The notes: generated from the sequence alone by a model not told the origin. DNA of 50,893 bases, filler included, from Dirinaria sp. TL-2023a (GCA_051941275.1; 2 parts of 2 records of this genome joined end to end with filler, not necessarily neighbours in it); one strand, 5' to 3'; positions 11,791 to 25,573 are shown, counted from the first letter of the whole stretch. Translations and numbers: made by a program.

Positions 11791-13089
11791 TTTTCGTCGT
11801 CGCTGCTTTTTCAGTAGACACGCGAGGGAGAAATGCTAACCTGATCTCGAATAGAATAATAGGAATCAAGCAGCAGCTCACCCTTAAGAGGAGAGGGTGC
11901 AGTCACTCCGGATCGCCTAGGGACGCGCGACCGATGACCCAGGTCGGGCGACGCTAAGCCCGATGGGGGGTTGATGTCGGGGCAGATTTTGGGCCGAGGG
12001 GAGTCTTCTTGGCATTGGCTCAAAAACCAACACGTGATCTGAGACGGCTAATACTGTACATAAAAGTACCTCAACTCCCAATGCAAAAGCTGCCGCAAAC
12101 CTGAAGATTGTCCGCCACCTTGGATAGAGATTGCAATAGAGCAACGACTGGAGGAAAACCCCACGAAAGCTTGTGAATCTTGGTGCGCGAATTGATTGGA
12201 CTGGAAGTCTCTACCGTACAGAGCATATGAGGGCTACGTCCAAGAGATTGGACTACAAGGATCGGCCAACGTGGCTCATGATAGAGGACTTGCCTACGTC
12301 GTCAGCAAGCTTGGGCTCCTTCAAATTCCATCCGACGTTAATCAGGACCAGTCGGGATGAGGCCCGAACGCTCAAACCGTTCTTTGGCATTTGAACCCAA
12401 GCGCATGAGGCTCACGCGTTGGCCTACTGCACGCTCAGGCATGTCGCATATGAAAAATCTGGGGAAGCGGGGACGCATGATCTAGTCATCTAAGGTCTAA
12501 CGTCTAGATCGAATCGGGTCATCCCGTTGAACTTTTTTCGGCATTTGAATCAGCTGTTCCTTTTCAATTGGTGCGACCATCGCGTTCTGGAAGCATCGCA
12601 CACTCTTCTCCCTGTCCAGCTTTCCCAATCCGGCATGCAAGTCGAGGAAAGGGTCTGCTAGAGCATTCTTTGAGTGCTTTTGCGTGCAGCGTCCCAAGCA
12701 TGCTAACGGTCAAAGACATGTCCGGCGTTCAAATATACCCGAAAGCTCACCTGAAACAGGGGGCGATGACCATGGTTCTCTGTAATTACGCTAAGTCTTC
12801 TACCATTGCAGACTCAAGGCCATCATCTTGCATGGACGCGTTGATCCGTCAGTGTATGCGATCTCGCAGCATTTTTTCTCTTTTCTACCCGCGGCCCTCT
12901 CATGGAGTCGGACTGCTGTATCCGGTGTAATATCTACGGAGGCAATAGTCCATTTGTAAATTGCATTGAACACTGCGACACTCTCTGGATGAACTATAAA
13001 TGTGTTCTGATCGCATTCTCCAACAACTTCCGGCGTACATTGGCCTGCCTAGTGCCCCGAATGCTTACCAGTAAGATCATCACAGGATA

Positions 13090-14896
13090 ATGAAGATATG
13101 GCAGCGGTACAGAGATGTCTTCTATGCCAATTGGCACGTCGGCTTCACTGCTTGGGGAGGTCCAGCAGTGCAATTCCAAACAGTCAGCATCTTATCTCTG
13201 ATAGCGCTTGTAAATTCATCCTCATACCAGTACAGTTCCATGAGAGATTTGTTACAAAACTTCGATGGGTCGACGAGTCCACTGTAAGTTCTTTTCGCTC
13301 TCTGCTTTCCACAGCGGCATGCAAGCTTGGTCTTCGATGAATCATCTCTGAAGCGATGAAACTTCGAGCGTCAGAATTTACCATTGCAGCCGTCCAACCC
13401 ACTTACACTCTGACCTACTGAGTTCCCGTTAGCTGAAAATTAGTAAATTGACGTAAGGAGTAGTATCAACAAATCTTCGCCATTAGCCAATCGCTCCCTG
13501 GCTCGGCGAGTACGAAAATGCTATTCTGCATCAACACGGTTCATGCTGGATTCATTGCTGGTTTTTTTGCATTTGGCCTGTTTTGGTGAGCTACGGAGCG
13601 TGATTGTTCACAACGCGCTAGTTGTATCTGACCTTGAACCGTAGTCTGCCTGGTGCTATCGGCATGTACGGACTGAGTGTTGGCGTTTCGCGCATTGGGA
13701 GCACGCTTCCAGACCCGGTATATGCTTTGCTCTCGGGCCTCAACGCTGCAACGGTGGGTATCATCGCTCTTGCTGCTGTTCGCCTGTCTCAGCGAGCTAT
13801 CACAGACAAGCTCACGCGGCTGCTCGTTTCCCTTGGAGGTGCTTTGGGCATGCTCTATACGGCGCTCTGGTATTACCCGGTGATCATGGCCTCTGCTGGT
13901 CTTGCAACCTTTGTTTGGGATCAACGCTACCTGCACCTGTTGGCCAACTTTTTTATCGATTTTTTCAGCAGGATTCGGCTCAGATTTCGTACTAAAAACC
14001 TACGCCGCCCAAGAGATATCGAAGAATGTCGTGAAATGAAAACAACAGTGCCCCTTTATGACGTTGACAAGCCTTTGCCGCCTCCTCCTCCAGCGTACTT
14101 TCATGAAGATAGCTCTACCGGGGAGTGCAATCGATGCAGCGATCTAAGTTCTCTGCCATCAACGCGGACAGATCCACCTCAAGCTCAAGACGACGCGCGC
14201 ACTTGCAAGGCCGGACAATTCTCGTCCATGTCATGGCAGCTCGGCACATCAATCATCGCGGTTTTTGTGGCCACCTTCGCCTTGACGATCGCCTTCCATA
14301 TAATCTCCGGAAGGCCGTCACGCTCATTTTCCATGTTCTCTTCCCTCTACTTGGCCGGCACCATTATTTTCGGAGGGGGTCCTGTCGTGATCCCTCTCCT
14401 CCGCGAATACATCGTCTCGCCTGGCTGGGTCTCTCCTCGGGACTTCCTTCTGGGCGTTGCCCTCATCCAGTCATTCCCCGGTCCAAACTTCAACTTCGTC
14501 GTCTATCTTGGCTCGCTCGCGACGGCCGGAACGGCGATCCCGTCCTACTTGGGCGCGCTGACAGCCTTTGTAGCCATGTACACACCTGGTTTACTGATCG
14601 TAGTGGGCTTCATGGGCCTGTGGAGCATCTTACACGACCGGGCCTGGTTTCTGTCCATCCTGAGGGGCGTCAACGCCGCAGCTGTAGGCTTGGTCTTCAC
14701 CGCCGTGTACAAGCTGTGGCAAATTGGGTATTTGACGGCCGCGGTGCAAGGCGAACCGCTGGGCACCGATCCATGGCTCGTGGCAATCGTGGGCACTGCT
14801 TTTGTCGGCGGGGCGTGGTTCAGATTAAGCCCGCCAGTAGCGATCTTGCTTGGCGGCGCTTTGGGGGTAGCGCGTTGGGCTATCATCGTGCGCTAA
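13090..14896 (+). CDS. Chromate ion transporter (CHR family, long-chain bidomain)
   Basis: GFTAWGGPAVQ, SQSLPGSASTKM, GTIIFGGGPVVIPLL and IQSFPGPNFNF motifs. Introns at about 13183-13235, 13284-13463 and 13586-13644. Confidence 0.93.
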
Positions 14897-15757
14897 GCTT
14901 CGCGCTTATAATCATATATATGTATCTAGCTCACTACTGATCCGTATATTATAAGTTGAGCTCGAACATGCTTGTATAGCTACGATTAGAGTAGAAAAGA
15001 AAAAAAGGGGGTTTAAAAGCTATGACTTCTCATGGCCAAAGGTGATTTGTGCGCAGAAATTGCTAAATTGACCAATTTTGTGTCGTCCTTCTATAATAAA
15101 CATTGAAAACTAAGACCTAGATATGATCGAAGAAGTCTCGAGGTCTATTTGTACAACCACCCTTTTTCTCTGATATAACTAGCCAAAGTTCCAAAAATAT
15201 ACAACTGTTTCTGCCACCGATATACTACTCTCTGGCACTTTCTCTTGCTTTACTATCTTTTGGGGTTTCCTGCGGTATATTACAGCGAAGGGGATAGCAT
15301 TGGCTTCACGTCTCAATTTCAAATGGAGCACGAGTCAAATCAAGTCTTGTGTGGGATAAATATATGCTGCGAACTCTTCTAATTGCTAAAGGAGCGTATC
15401 TTTCATAGCGGCCAGCGCTGTTCTATATTCTATGAAACGCAAACAAAACCATTTCTAATCTATAGCTTGACCCTCTATCTCTAATCCAAAAACCAGTGCG
15501 GATATTGCGACGAAATATGGCAATTACCTGCGATTGTCGTCTATAGTGCCAAGTCTTAAGACCCATTACCTAAGATACGACCAGAGACTCTCTCAGCTTC
15601 TCCCCCGTAAGGTGTTTCCAAAGCTCTTGATGAAGATCATTGTTTACGTCGTAGGTATATTTGTCCAGGCACATGATCGCATTGAGTGGGCTACGGAGTC
15701 GTTAGCTACCAGCTTCAAAAAAGAAAAAAAAAGAGGGGGGGAAGGGGGAAGTTTATC

Positions 15758-16625
15758 TCACCTCAACCCCGACTGCTTGACCTCATCGGACTTAACCCAC
15801 TGACTCCAGGCTTCATCCAGCTCTCGTTTAATATCGCCGGGGCTTTTCGGCTGAGCCTTGAGGTCCCAAGTAGTAAGCGGCACTATATACGCATGCTCGC
15901 CGCCGCTTCGAGTGTCTTCCGCGTCAGACTGCGCCAGTGTGTGGAACGTTGCAATCGCTTTGGGGGACCAGACTGATTCGCAGGGTTTTCCCCTGAGGTA
16001 GACGGCGATGCGGGCAAAAGAGCCTTCGACGGGATTAAGGGACAGCCGAGCGTGGACAATGTCTCGTTCGAAATCGGAGCGCCGCTGCACTGACGCCCGA
16101 ACACGCTCGTCAGTGGACTTGAGCATCCGACTGAGCGGCCTTCCTTTGTCGTCTGTCTCGCCTTCAGGGCGGATTTCGTACAGCGTGTTCAGGTGGTCAA
16201 GGACGTCTGCAGGAAGAGCTCGGCCAATGTCAAGCCCATTGAGGGCTTTGAGCCGCAGTGCCATGACTGGAGCTGTGCTCTGCAATTGCTTTGTTTGGGT
16301 TTCTTGACAGGTTCTGATTCTCAAGAAATTTTCAACGGGAAATTCGTAGTATCCAAAGAGAGCATGCTTCAATTATTGAGACCAAATGCCAACCAGCGTT
16401 TTTTTATACCTTGGACATAGCATTGCCCTCGAACGACCACCTTGAAAACATCGCCGATTGTCGTTCGTTAATTTAACATTTCTTAAACATGCCGGGATAA
16501 AGCCATTTGCAACGTCTCGCAAGGATGAGACCGTTGATCGTGTCCCTTGGGACATGGCTGTAGGTGTCGCCATCGTCGATGATAGCCATGACTCGCGTCA
16601 GACCCTGTGGGTTCATCATAGCAGC
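15758..16625 (-). pseudogene. Hypothetical protein gene interrupted by an in-frame stop
   Basis: ORFs 16373-16573 and 15758-16372 abut in the same frame, separated only by TAA at 16373-16375. The upstream exon-like MMNPQGLTRVMAIIDDGD... may join through a GC-AG intron. Family not recognised; 5' limit uncertain. Confidence 0.45.
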
Positions 16626-19600
16626 TCCCTGATGACTTATGTATCGCGATGGTTTGCAATTTGTTTCTGTCAAACGAGGCTCGGATTGGATGCTTTTTCC
16701 GGAAGTAAGAGATGAGCCTCACTACTTAAAAATAATCAAGCTTTTTCCCGAAGATCCTGGTTCGCAAGGATCAGCGTCCAAGAGGCTAAGGCGAAGGCGA
16801 AAAAAGACCCCGTTTCTCTTATCAGACGGCATGATCTCGAATCGCTGTACGACGTGACGAGAATATCAATGATTGATGTCACTCGGCACGTTTCAGCCGT
16901 GAATGATACTTTCTGGTCTGAATTCTGGCAAAGTGGCTCGAAAACAAAGCTTCGAAGGTTTCTGGTGATATCTGGAATCTACTCATCACTTAACTACTTA
17001 CACTATTTTATTCATTTGAGAGAGCTCCTGGGTTCATAGATTAGAGAAGACGCCTCTCAAACAAGTCTTGTTCCGCTTCAGACGAGGATTGAGAGATATA
17101 ATCTAACTCGTATTAGAACGTTGCGCGTTCATGGTGATTGGCTAGCAGGGTCTTGATATTATCAAAGTCTGGATCCACAGGGTTAATCAAGCCTCATCAT
17201 AATGATTTTATACAACCTCGTTTGCCGTGGCTTCGGAGTCAATATCCGCTTTGAGTAAGTATGTAGAAAGGATCTTCGATCTCCATCCATTGCTTAATGT
17301 GACAGAATGAGCGCAATGAACCCGTAAACAGTCGCTAGCTAGGCAATCCTGGAGCAGCAATGCCCAATTCATCGAGGAACTTGGTGATCCCCATGGAAAA
17401 GAAAAGGCTTGATAGCCTCCCTTCAGTCGGGCTTGCTAAGAGAATCTAGGCATCCAATTGTGTAATTCTCGGTTCACGAATGTGGAAATCGAAAACCAGT
17501 GGACGACACACGATTCTGCTGCCCGGCCTAAACCAAATCATAAGATTAAGCTGGGTGACGATCCGAACTGGCACGACGCTCTCTTCGTGCTACGGATTAC
17601 CATCTTACCGGGCAATTGGTCCTAAAAGGCAGCATCAGCAAGCCTCACGTCAAGTAAGATAAGCAGATGGAAGCCACCAACAGCGTTATTGCTGCCTCTG
17701 TACTAGTAGAAGCGACACATTTTCACGCAAATAGATGAGCATCCACCATTGCACATCCACCATTGTATCCTTGGAGCCCCTCTCGATCAGACACTTATCA
17801 GGGCTTTCGCTGTTCACTCTTCTGGAGAATGACTTCGATGCGTCCAATGAGGAGATACTGCGCCATTCTAACGTCTGCAGGTTCGGACGAGGATACAACT
17901 GTATTCTCTGTGAAGGTTGAAGGGCATGCTAAGAGTGCTACGTGATCAAGACTTAGGCTTCACGTATGATTGTTAGCGCCTTGTCAAGTCGTAAACGCAG
18001 AAGTAGGCTTAGGCTGACAAGAAAATAATCTTCTGATATAGCTTGGGTAGGTATAAGTGTGCTTGCGTAGCTGCTTTTGATACGTAATCGCAGCGGCCAT
18101 AGCCATCGAGGGCGTATTCGGCTTGCTGAGCGACTTCAAGATGAAAGAAATGCTGCCGAACTGGACGTAGCTGGCTATAATCAGTGTTCGAACTAAAGAT
18201 TTAGGACATTCTTCTTCAATCGACGCGGGTACACTAGAGTTTTCCTAATAAGGTATGAGCACAGGAAATAGATACTTACTAGGCGTGTGCTGTCAAGCTG
18301 TCGTTGATTGGCAATCTTTGCTGTTCTTTTTTGTCTAGGTCTATGGACGTTTGACGCTTCAGGAGGTGAGAACCCCCTCCAAACGATAAATCCTGGTGCC
18401 TTGATGAGGCAAATTAACAATGTGCAATACGTTGTATTTTTTGAAAACCTTTGAAGATCTCTTTTATATGTAGCAACTAAAGGAAACAATGAAGATCAAT
18501 CAGCTCGGTCTGACGTCCCTAGTACAGGCAGGATCAATGCTACCTCGGCATTTGAACACTCCCACGACATCTCTTATTTGTGCAGCGCATTGACTCCGAC
18601 CTTTCGATATATGGCTGAGCCTTCTGCTAGTCGGACATCACAGCCCTCAAAAGCAGTCTCTGGTGGCAAACAAGCTTCCATCTAACAGAAAAGAAGCTGT
18701 ACGTACAAATACCTTATCCGATCCTTCTAACCTGGAAGGAACTTAATTTGAAGCATACACAACTTTGCTTTGAGAAAAATCGATAGTGGCTCGGAATGGA
18801 GAAGGATGAAGTCGCTCGTTAATATGAATACTGCTGGCCCATCATGGCTCCAGTCAATCCCGTCGACTTGGTATTCGCCTGGACGTCATGCATTTCACTT
18901 GTTTCTATGACGATGGAGCCAATAGAGAGAATCTAGCTGCGAGTTTTGCACTCTCACGAAGAGCAAATTATGGACTTCCTAATAGAGTGGTGGAACGGAA
19001 AAAGATAGAGGAAATTCCTCGGGATAGACTGTTTTTGGCGGGTCGAGAAAAGCTAGATTGACAAAGTTGAGAGAAATCGAAAGTCAATGAGGGGTGGATG
19101 TGAGGCTCCTCGGTCTTCACATCAGGTTTGCTCTTGCAGGCAGAAGATTTCGCAAGGCAAAAGTAGTGGAGGTTCGAGTGAGATAACTCAGGGCGGGGAT
19201 ATGAGGGTACGATTGGAGACAGCTCTGTACGGGTTCCGGATCGTTAGCGAAACTATCCAACCATTTTATTAATGACTCATCAGTGATTTGACAATGGTTC
19301 GAAAGGCATTGAAGATGTCTGAGTAGTGCGAGCAAAAGTTGATTCAAGCACATGTACCGTAGTTTAGGTGTACGGTTTGATGGGGACGCGGATGTCGTTT
19401 ACATTCGCCCCTCAGGCCGGGGACCCGGGGACCGAGGTACTCGTACGAGTCTCGTACCTTCATGCTGTACAGTTCTTATTGGCAAGACGCCTTGAATGAG
19501 CACTGGCACTTGTAGGGCTGACGGGCTAATCTTCAGTCCGTTGTCTCGACACCAGAAGGCGCCTGCTTGTGTCAGTTGCGTTTGGTTTCAAGGACCATGA

Positions 19601-20497
19601 GTCTCTCGGGGCTTTGTCAACATATGTTATCAAAGTCTGACCATCTAATAAAGACCTGAGATGGCATTTTTGGTTCATATTCTGACCAGCAACCATCAAG
19701 GCCGCGCCTACGATGGTGTTAGGATTGGGCTTCTGATGTCGGTTGACTAGCTTTACAATGGCATCTACCTACCTCATGTACATGGACTTTTTGGGCGTCG
19801 TGGGCAGCGAAAAACTCTCCCCTTCTACATCGATAGCACTGCAGACATCCCGAAATGCCATTAACTCACGCCTATGCTTACAGATGTACGGAGCCACACT
19901 CGATGCGCATGCAGTGTCATGGAACTGCATGGATGCGACCCAGGGTTGATCCGGGGTTTTCTTTTACAAGCGACATCTTGATATTTTGATACAGTACATT
20001 CCCCTAGCCAGGTTAGACCCTCCACTGGTGACCGCGAGGGACTTTTGAGCTTGAACCTGATGCTTCCTATGATGCTTGCACCTTCAGATTGGCTAGCAAC
20101 GCGTCGTGGACTGATTGCGTCAAAAAATGGGCGCTCTAAGCATTCTCCGGAATCCGAAGCATTGGATTGTGGTCGCAACATGATAGTCGGCATTTAGCGG
20201 TGCGCTTGACAGGCCATCTCCACGGCTCGGAATAGGCGCTATGTTCGCTTGCGATCCATTCCTTTGATTTGCTGCTTCGATCCGTTCGTGGATCTGCCTT
20301 TGGGTTGCGTGGGATTTCTGCCACATAATGCGGGATATTTCAATGCGGCATGATCCGCTCGCTATAGAGCTTCTTGCTTGGATGTTGCTCTCTTTCATTT
20401 CGTTATCTATGCTCAATTTGCAATTTGAAGAGTGGTCTTATCTCAAATCAGACCTCGACTTCACTCGTTTGCTGCTCCGTGCATTCATTCGAGCGCA

Positions 20498-21061
20498 ATG
20501 CTATTAGTCTTATTTTATACCCTGATCTTCGTGTTGGCGAACAATGCCAGAGCCTTACCAGAACCGGTTCACAATCTTACGAACTGGCCACTGGAATGCT
20601 ATGGCGCACACCTTGTTGAAGTGGAGCCTACCAACCTGAAAGATTGCCGTGAAATGGCTGTCGGAATCGTGTCACTCCCGCCATGGGGACGACCTTGGAC
20701 GTTTAGCAACGAACCCGGTCATAAAGCCGACAGGCACATCCCCATCGGAATCAAGCACAGGTCGTGCCACCTTCGGATTGTACCCGTCGTAGACACTGCC
20801 AAAGTGTCCGATGCTTTCACAGCTCGTTACCTCGCACATCAAATCTATAGAACCATCAACGAATGCGTAATTCCGTGGCCACACCTAGGAGGCGAGGGCG
20901 AAATCGGGCCAAAGAAGGTGCTAGCATTGACTCTTTCGGGGCCTCTAAATCGGGGAAGCGTTGATACAGATGATGAGCTCACAATCACGCAAATTAATAC
21001 GCAGGGTAATTATGACATATTGTTGGCCAACGCGTCGCAAAGATCCACCTCTCAATCTTAG
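20498..21061 (+). CDS. Small secreted Cys-containing protein (effector-like)
   Basis: Signal peptide MLLVLFYTLIFVLANNARA-LP; four Cys in the pattern C...PTNLKDC...SC...ECV...GG.G.IG; single exon. Confidence 0.8.
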   Translation: MLLVLFYTLIFVLANNARALPEPVHNLTNWPLECYGAHLVEVEPTNLKDCREMAVGIVSLPPWGRPWTFSNEPGHKADRHIPIGIKHRSCHLRIVPVVDTAKVSDAFTARYLAHQIYRTINECVIPWPHLGGEGEIGPKKVLALTLSGPLNRGSVDTDDELTITQINTQGNYDILLANASQRSTSQS

Positions 21062-21652
21062 CATATTTACCAAAGACGACAGAGACTTGATTGGGACTAT
21101 GGACGTTAAGCCCGACGGCCAGAAGCCCAAAATAGGCCATGCGACTGCAAAGAGTTGCACGGAGAATATTGCACTAAGAGCTGTTGAGATCTTAGAGAAG
21201 GGAACAGATACGCTTCAGCACTGGGTGAGAATGTCATTTGGTAACGCAGAGAAAAACCCGCTCAACAGAGAAAGTGCATCCACAACGCAATATAAATGGT
21301 TTTGTTGTCGCAAGTCGCATATTTACCTTTTTGGATTACCTCTCCTTAAAACATTCGTTGGCAATCTGAAATATTCGGAGAAAGCCTTGTTGGACGCACG
21401 ATTATGCTTATATGTGTGGATCATTATGATAGTGCCGATGCCTAAGTCTTGTAGTGTCGACATGTGACGACTGATCCCAGCAGCTTGTTGGACGATTAAG
21501 CTCCTAGCTCGTTGGAAAGCTGCACTACTGATGCATCATTGCATCAATCTGCAGGTATCTTGATAATGTTTTTTTTTTTAATTCCTTCTCTTTTCGAACT
21601 CTAAGTATAGGCCATGCGCTAAGTTGGGACGATCTCAAAGTGACAAGTAGCA

Positions 21653-22778
21653 ATGGAAGAGAAAGGCAGTTATCGGTACGAACACGGACGTAGGTATCAC
21701 GCCTTTGACGAAGGCGCTTACTATATGCCGAACGATGAATCCGAATTATCGCGGTTGGGTATGCTGTCGTAGTTCCAATCTTGTTTTTTGAAGAAAGCTG
21801 ATGGTCGAAGATTCTCAACATCAAATCTGGCGTCTAACCTTGGATAATGCCTTGTTCCATGCACCCATCGCTGAAAATCCCCAATTGGTTCTCGATGTAG
21901 GCACTGGTTCGGGTGTATGGGCCATAGACTTTGCCACGCAGTATCCCAACTGCCACGTCCTCGGTATCGATCTCTCTCCTACGAATCTTGGCGTCGAAAG
22001 CCTGCAAAATTGTACATTCCAAATTCATAACGTGGAATCAGATTGGCACTTCGGAAAAGACAGTAGCTTTGATTTGATTCACTCTCGCATGCTTGTGCAA
22101 GGTTTGCACGACTGGCACAAATATTTTCGGAGATGCTATGATTACTTGAAGCCCGGAGGATGGGTCGAAGCTCACGAGGTGCAATATCCCATGAGCAGTG
22201 CCAACCCTTCCGTATCATCTGATGCTCCGTTTCTACGTTGGTCCCACCTTATCCATGAAGGGCTAGCAAAAGGAGAAGTTGATGGTGGAGCGGCTAATAG
22301 TTTCTCTAACTATCTTCATCAAGTGGGATTCAAGAATGTCACGGAGGAGAGAGTACCTTGGGCGGTTGGGCCATGGATGGAAGAGGAGAAGGGAAAGATG
22401 ATAGGAGCAATGGAGCAAGCAAATTTACAAGATGGGCTAGAAGGAATGACGGTCGGGGTGTTCACGAAGAATTTGGGGTGGACTTCGCAGCAAGCGAAGG
22501 ACCTTGTGGCAGAGGTGAAGCGAGACATCAGTGATCCTGATAAGAAGTACATCGTCCATATGTGAGTTCGGTCTCACCCTGTCATTGGCAAGTTTTAATC
22601 AGGATTTACTAATTGACCTAGCACGATCCATTTTGCTCAGAAGCCACTAGTACAGAGGTTCAAATTTGAGGAGGGCCCACATTTCGACAATTTGGTGGAA
22701 TCTGAAGATAAATCTGCCATCAAGTCTCAGGCTCCCGATTTTATTGACTATGATGATACGTTCAGATCCTCTTCGTAG
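21653..22778 (+). CDS. SAM-dependent methyltransferase (LaeA-like/TAM family)
   Basis: YEHGRRYHAF.EGAYYMPNDE, VLDVGTGSGVWAIDFA, GIDLSP, LKPGGWVE. Introns 21759-21810 and 22562-22621. The last exon has AQKP followed by an extended tail. Confidence 0.92.
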
Positions 22779-23592
22779 GCTCGGAAACGAGGCATTGCTC
22801 GGCAATGGCAGATTGATCCTGTACACACAAATTTAAACCCGCGCAGCTCCACTGTATGAATCAGTCGAGGGCTGCGTAATATCATCAGTCATCATGTTGC
22901 TGAATTCCCTCGCCGCTCATTTTTTGCCGATTAACCATGTCGCTGGCCTGGTGCTTCCAGCCAACGGGTACTATACAAGGAAGAAAACTTTTTTTTGATT
23001 TAGGAAAACTGCGTCCCTTTACTTTCGAATAATCTAGCAGCAACATCAGAGAAATTACACCAACCCATTTCGTGAAAAGTTCTGCTAATGGAAAGCACAT
23101 TGCGTTTCCACCTGTAAATTGTCAATGCTAACCGAGTGCAGTCACACACAGAAGTTTTAGCCGGGACCAACAGCCAGAATCTCGGCTCCGACGATTTTAT
23201 AATAACGCGTTCTTGAAATTTTCGTAAAGAGCTCTTCCAGCTTCCCAGTCAGCTAATCGCTTGGCTGTGGAAGTCATTATTCGAACCTGTCTGAAAGTCT
23301 TGTTGTCATGACACGAAATGGAGCCATTCAGCGTGGGTTCTGGATGTACGATTAAAGTCTATCTAATGGGGCCTGCATGTTTGCGACATGCGCTATCTCT
23401 TCCTTTAAGACATGTACCCCGCATAAGTTGGAAGTCTGGAGAAAGTTGCGACTTACCGATCAAAAGCGCCACTCACGCACGTAACGAAGGACCGGAGATG
23501 CTTCTCACAGAGGAGTCATACGGTGATGTAATGGAATTTTTCGGGGTAGATATGTAACACGTTGCGGCACGAGTTTTGCTGGTCCTCGAAAG

Positions 23593-24237
23593 ATGAAATC
23601 ATTTTTCACCAAGATTCTGAGTGTCTCCATACTGTCAGCACATCTTGCATCTCCCGCACCCGGAATCTTGCCGTTGCTAGATCATCAACGGAGAGAGCAA
23701 TCTGCTCCAGCTGCATTTCCCTCAACTGCACCATCGAACGCAAGCCTGTCGTCACGCTGGCCCGTCAATCAATATTCACTACGCTTAAGCGACGACTTCC
23801 AACTCATCATATACCCGACAAAACCCTACACCCAGCAACCTTTGCCCGCCGTCGCTCCGCTCAAGGACTTTATCCGCGACTTTGCCAGCAATGTGAAACA
23901 GGCCTACCCTCCTCCAGCGCTCGCCCCTAGAAAAGCTGGCCAGTCGTGTTATGATGCGGAATCTTCCACAAAGTGGATAATAGAAGAGCTTGTACTACCT
24001 ATCACGAGTTCGAGAGCACCGACCGCAATTGTTCTTGAAGGACTGAAGCAGTTTTCTCTTCAAGTGGCACAGCATGGCCCACCCGCCGAATCCAGCTCGC
24101 TTATTGTTGGACGAAAGAAACCTGGAGCGAGGAAGAATTACCCTTTCAATGCTTTAAAGTTCTTTATCGAATCACTCGGGAGCGGCGCTGGACAAGATGT
24201 CCCTGATGTGCTGAATCTACCGGTGAATACCTCCTGA
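23593..24237 (+). CDS. Secreted orphan protein
   Basis: 214-aa ORF with signal peptide MKSFFTKILSVSILSAHLASP and an early dibasic RR. Confidence 0.75.
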   Translation: MKSFFTKILSVSILSAHLASPAPGILPLLDHQRREQSAPAAFPSTAPSNASLSSRWPVNQYSLRLSDDFQLIIYPTKPYTQQPLPAVAPLKDFIRDFASNVKQAYPPPALAPRKAGQSCYDAESSTKWIIEELVLPITSSRAPTAIVLEGLKQFSLQVAQHGPPAESSSLIVGRKKPGARKNYPFNALKFFIESLGSGAGQDVPDVLNLPVNTS

Positions 24238-25453
24238 GTGCACGGACAGCCTGAGAGCTCTGGAAGTCTGCCTAATGGAGTGGCTATGGCTGGAATTCTA
24301 GGCGCTTCAGTGCCAATGCTCCGATCTCGCAATACATAAGTACCTTCAACTTACCAAGAGAGGCTGGATATCTTCCAACCAAAATACATATAGCCCTCGG
24401 GCAACTAGGTCGTGACGGAACTCACTAGAACAAATTAAACCTGCATGTTCTACCTACTAAGCCTAACAAAGGTCCATTTCATTACTTTCATCGAGTCATT
24501 CAAGAAAGTATCCCTACACGAATCACGGAATAGTATCTGCTTCCGTTATAAATTCCATGCTGCGCCGTTGGACGCTTCATGCTCACATTCATTTCATCTT
24601 TCTTGAGAAAACGAATATATATCATCAAATTAAGACGTCTCTAAAACAACTTCAAATGTCAGACGACGGGGACGTGGGAGTCCGGCAATATTCTTGATCG
24701 GGTTGAATGAGACAAATAACCTTCAGCTCCAGTCAGACGAGCTTGAGTCGTCTCCGAGCAGCGTTGCACCTCTTCAGATTTCTCGTGTATTATAATCTCC
24801 TATAGATTAAGACTCGTGGAATACGAACGAATCAAGTCAATCCATTACAATTGACTATCTTGTATACTAAGTTACATGTTGAGTGAGCAATGATGCTTGC
24901 GAGATACCCGGCATGGAAGCCATGGGTAAAAAAGCATCATTTACTTGCACAGGACCACAAGGCCAGCGTTATCCAAGGGTATTAGATGTGCGAGTAACTT
25001 ACTAGGTGGTTTGAAATATAGGTCGATTGTTTGGACCCAGAAATGTCGCTCCAGGTTACTCAAAGAGTGGAAGAGAGTCAATGACGAATGCTATTAAATG
25101 CGTGTATAGATCAAGCACAACTACAGGCTTTGAAAGTAACTTTTGATGACCATTAAAGGCAACGGTTATGAGCTGCTGTAATATAGGAGGAACATTTGTT
25201 TTTGATAACGCTGGCGACTCACTATTTATCATCCGAGCTAGATTTTGTTGACTCTCTCTCTCTTTACTATGAACCAGACACTAACGGCAAATAAAAATCT
25301 CCATTTTAGGGCAAGTGGCATCTCTTAAGCATTCCATCTCGCCCGGAGGATCCACAGGCGCGATCCTGCTGGCTGACTGCCTCCCAGGAATTCAAATCGG
25401 CTATCAGCCTCCCTTAACAAGAGCGCCCATTCATCAAGTTCTCGCTCCCGCGA

Positions 25454-25553
25454 NNNNNNNNNNNNNNNNNNNNNNNNNNNNNNNNNNNNNNNNNNNNTTA
25501 ATTAATTAANNNNNNNNNNNNNNNNNNNNNNNNNNNNNNNNNNNNNNNNNNNN
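25454..25553. other. Artificial contig-joining spacer (44 N + TTAATTAATTAA + 44 N)
   Basis: Symmetric N runs around a palindromic all-frame stop linker at 25498-25509; exactly 100 bp in total. Confidence 0.95.
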
Positions 25554-25573
25554 TCGAGCTGATAGGCAACTGA

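Noticed and set aside
14125..14940. 271-aa alternative-frame ORF
   Set aside because: Shadow of the GC-rich chromate transporter exon.
17300..19300. Fragments resembling decayed coding sequence, including a 14-bp tandem repeat near 17740
   Set aside because: Many stops and no identifiable domain; cannot be supported without a search.
21653..22778. Calling the methyltransferase LaeA, or a member of the terpene cluster
   Set aside because: It belongs to a large paralog family, lacks a long N-terminus, and is more than 10 kb from the cluster with unrelated genes between.
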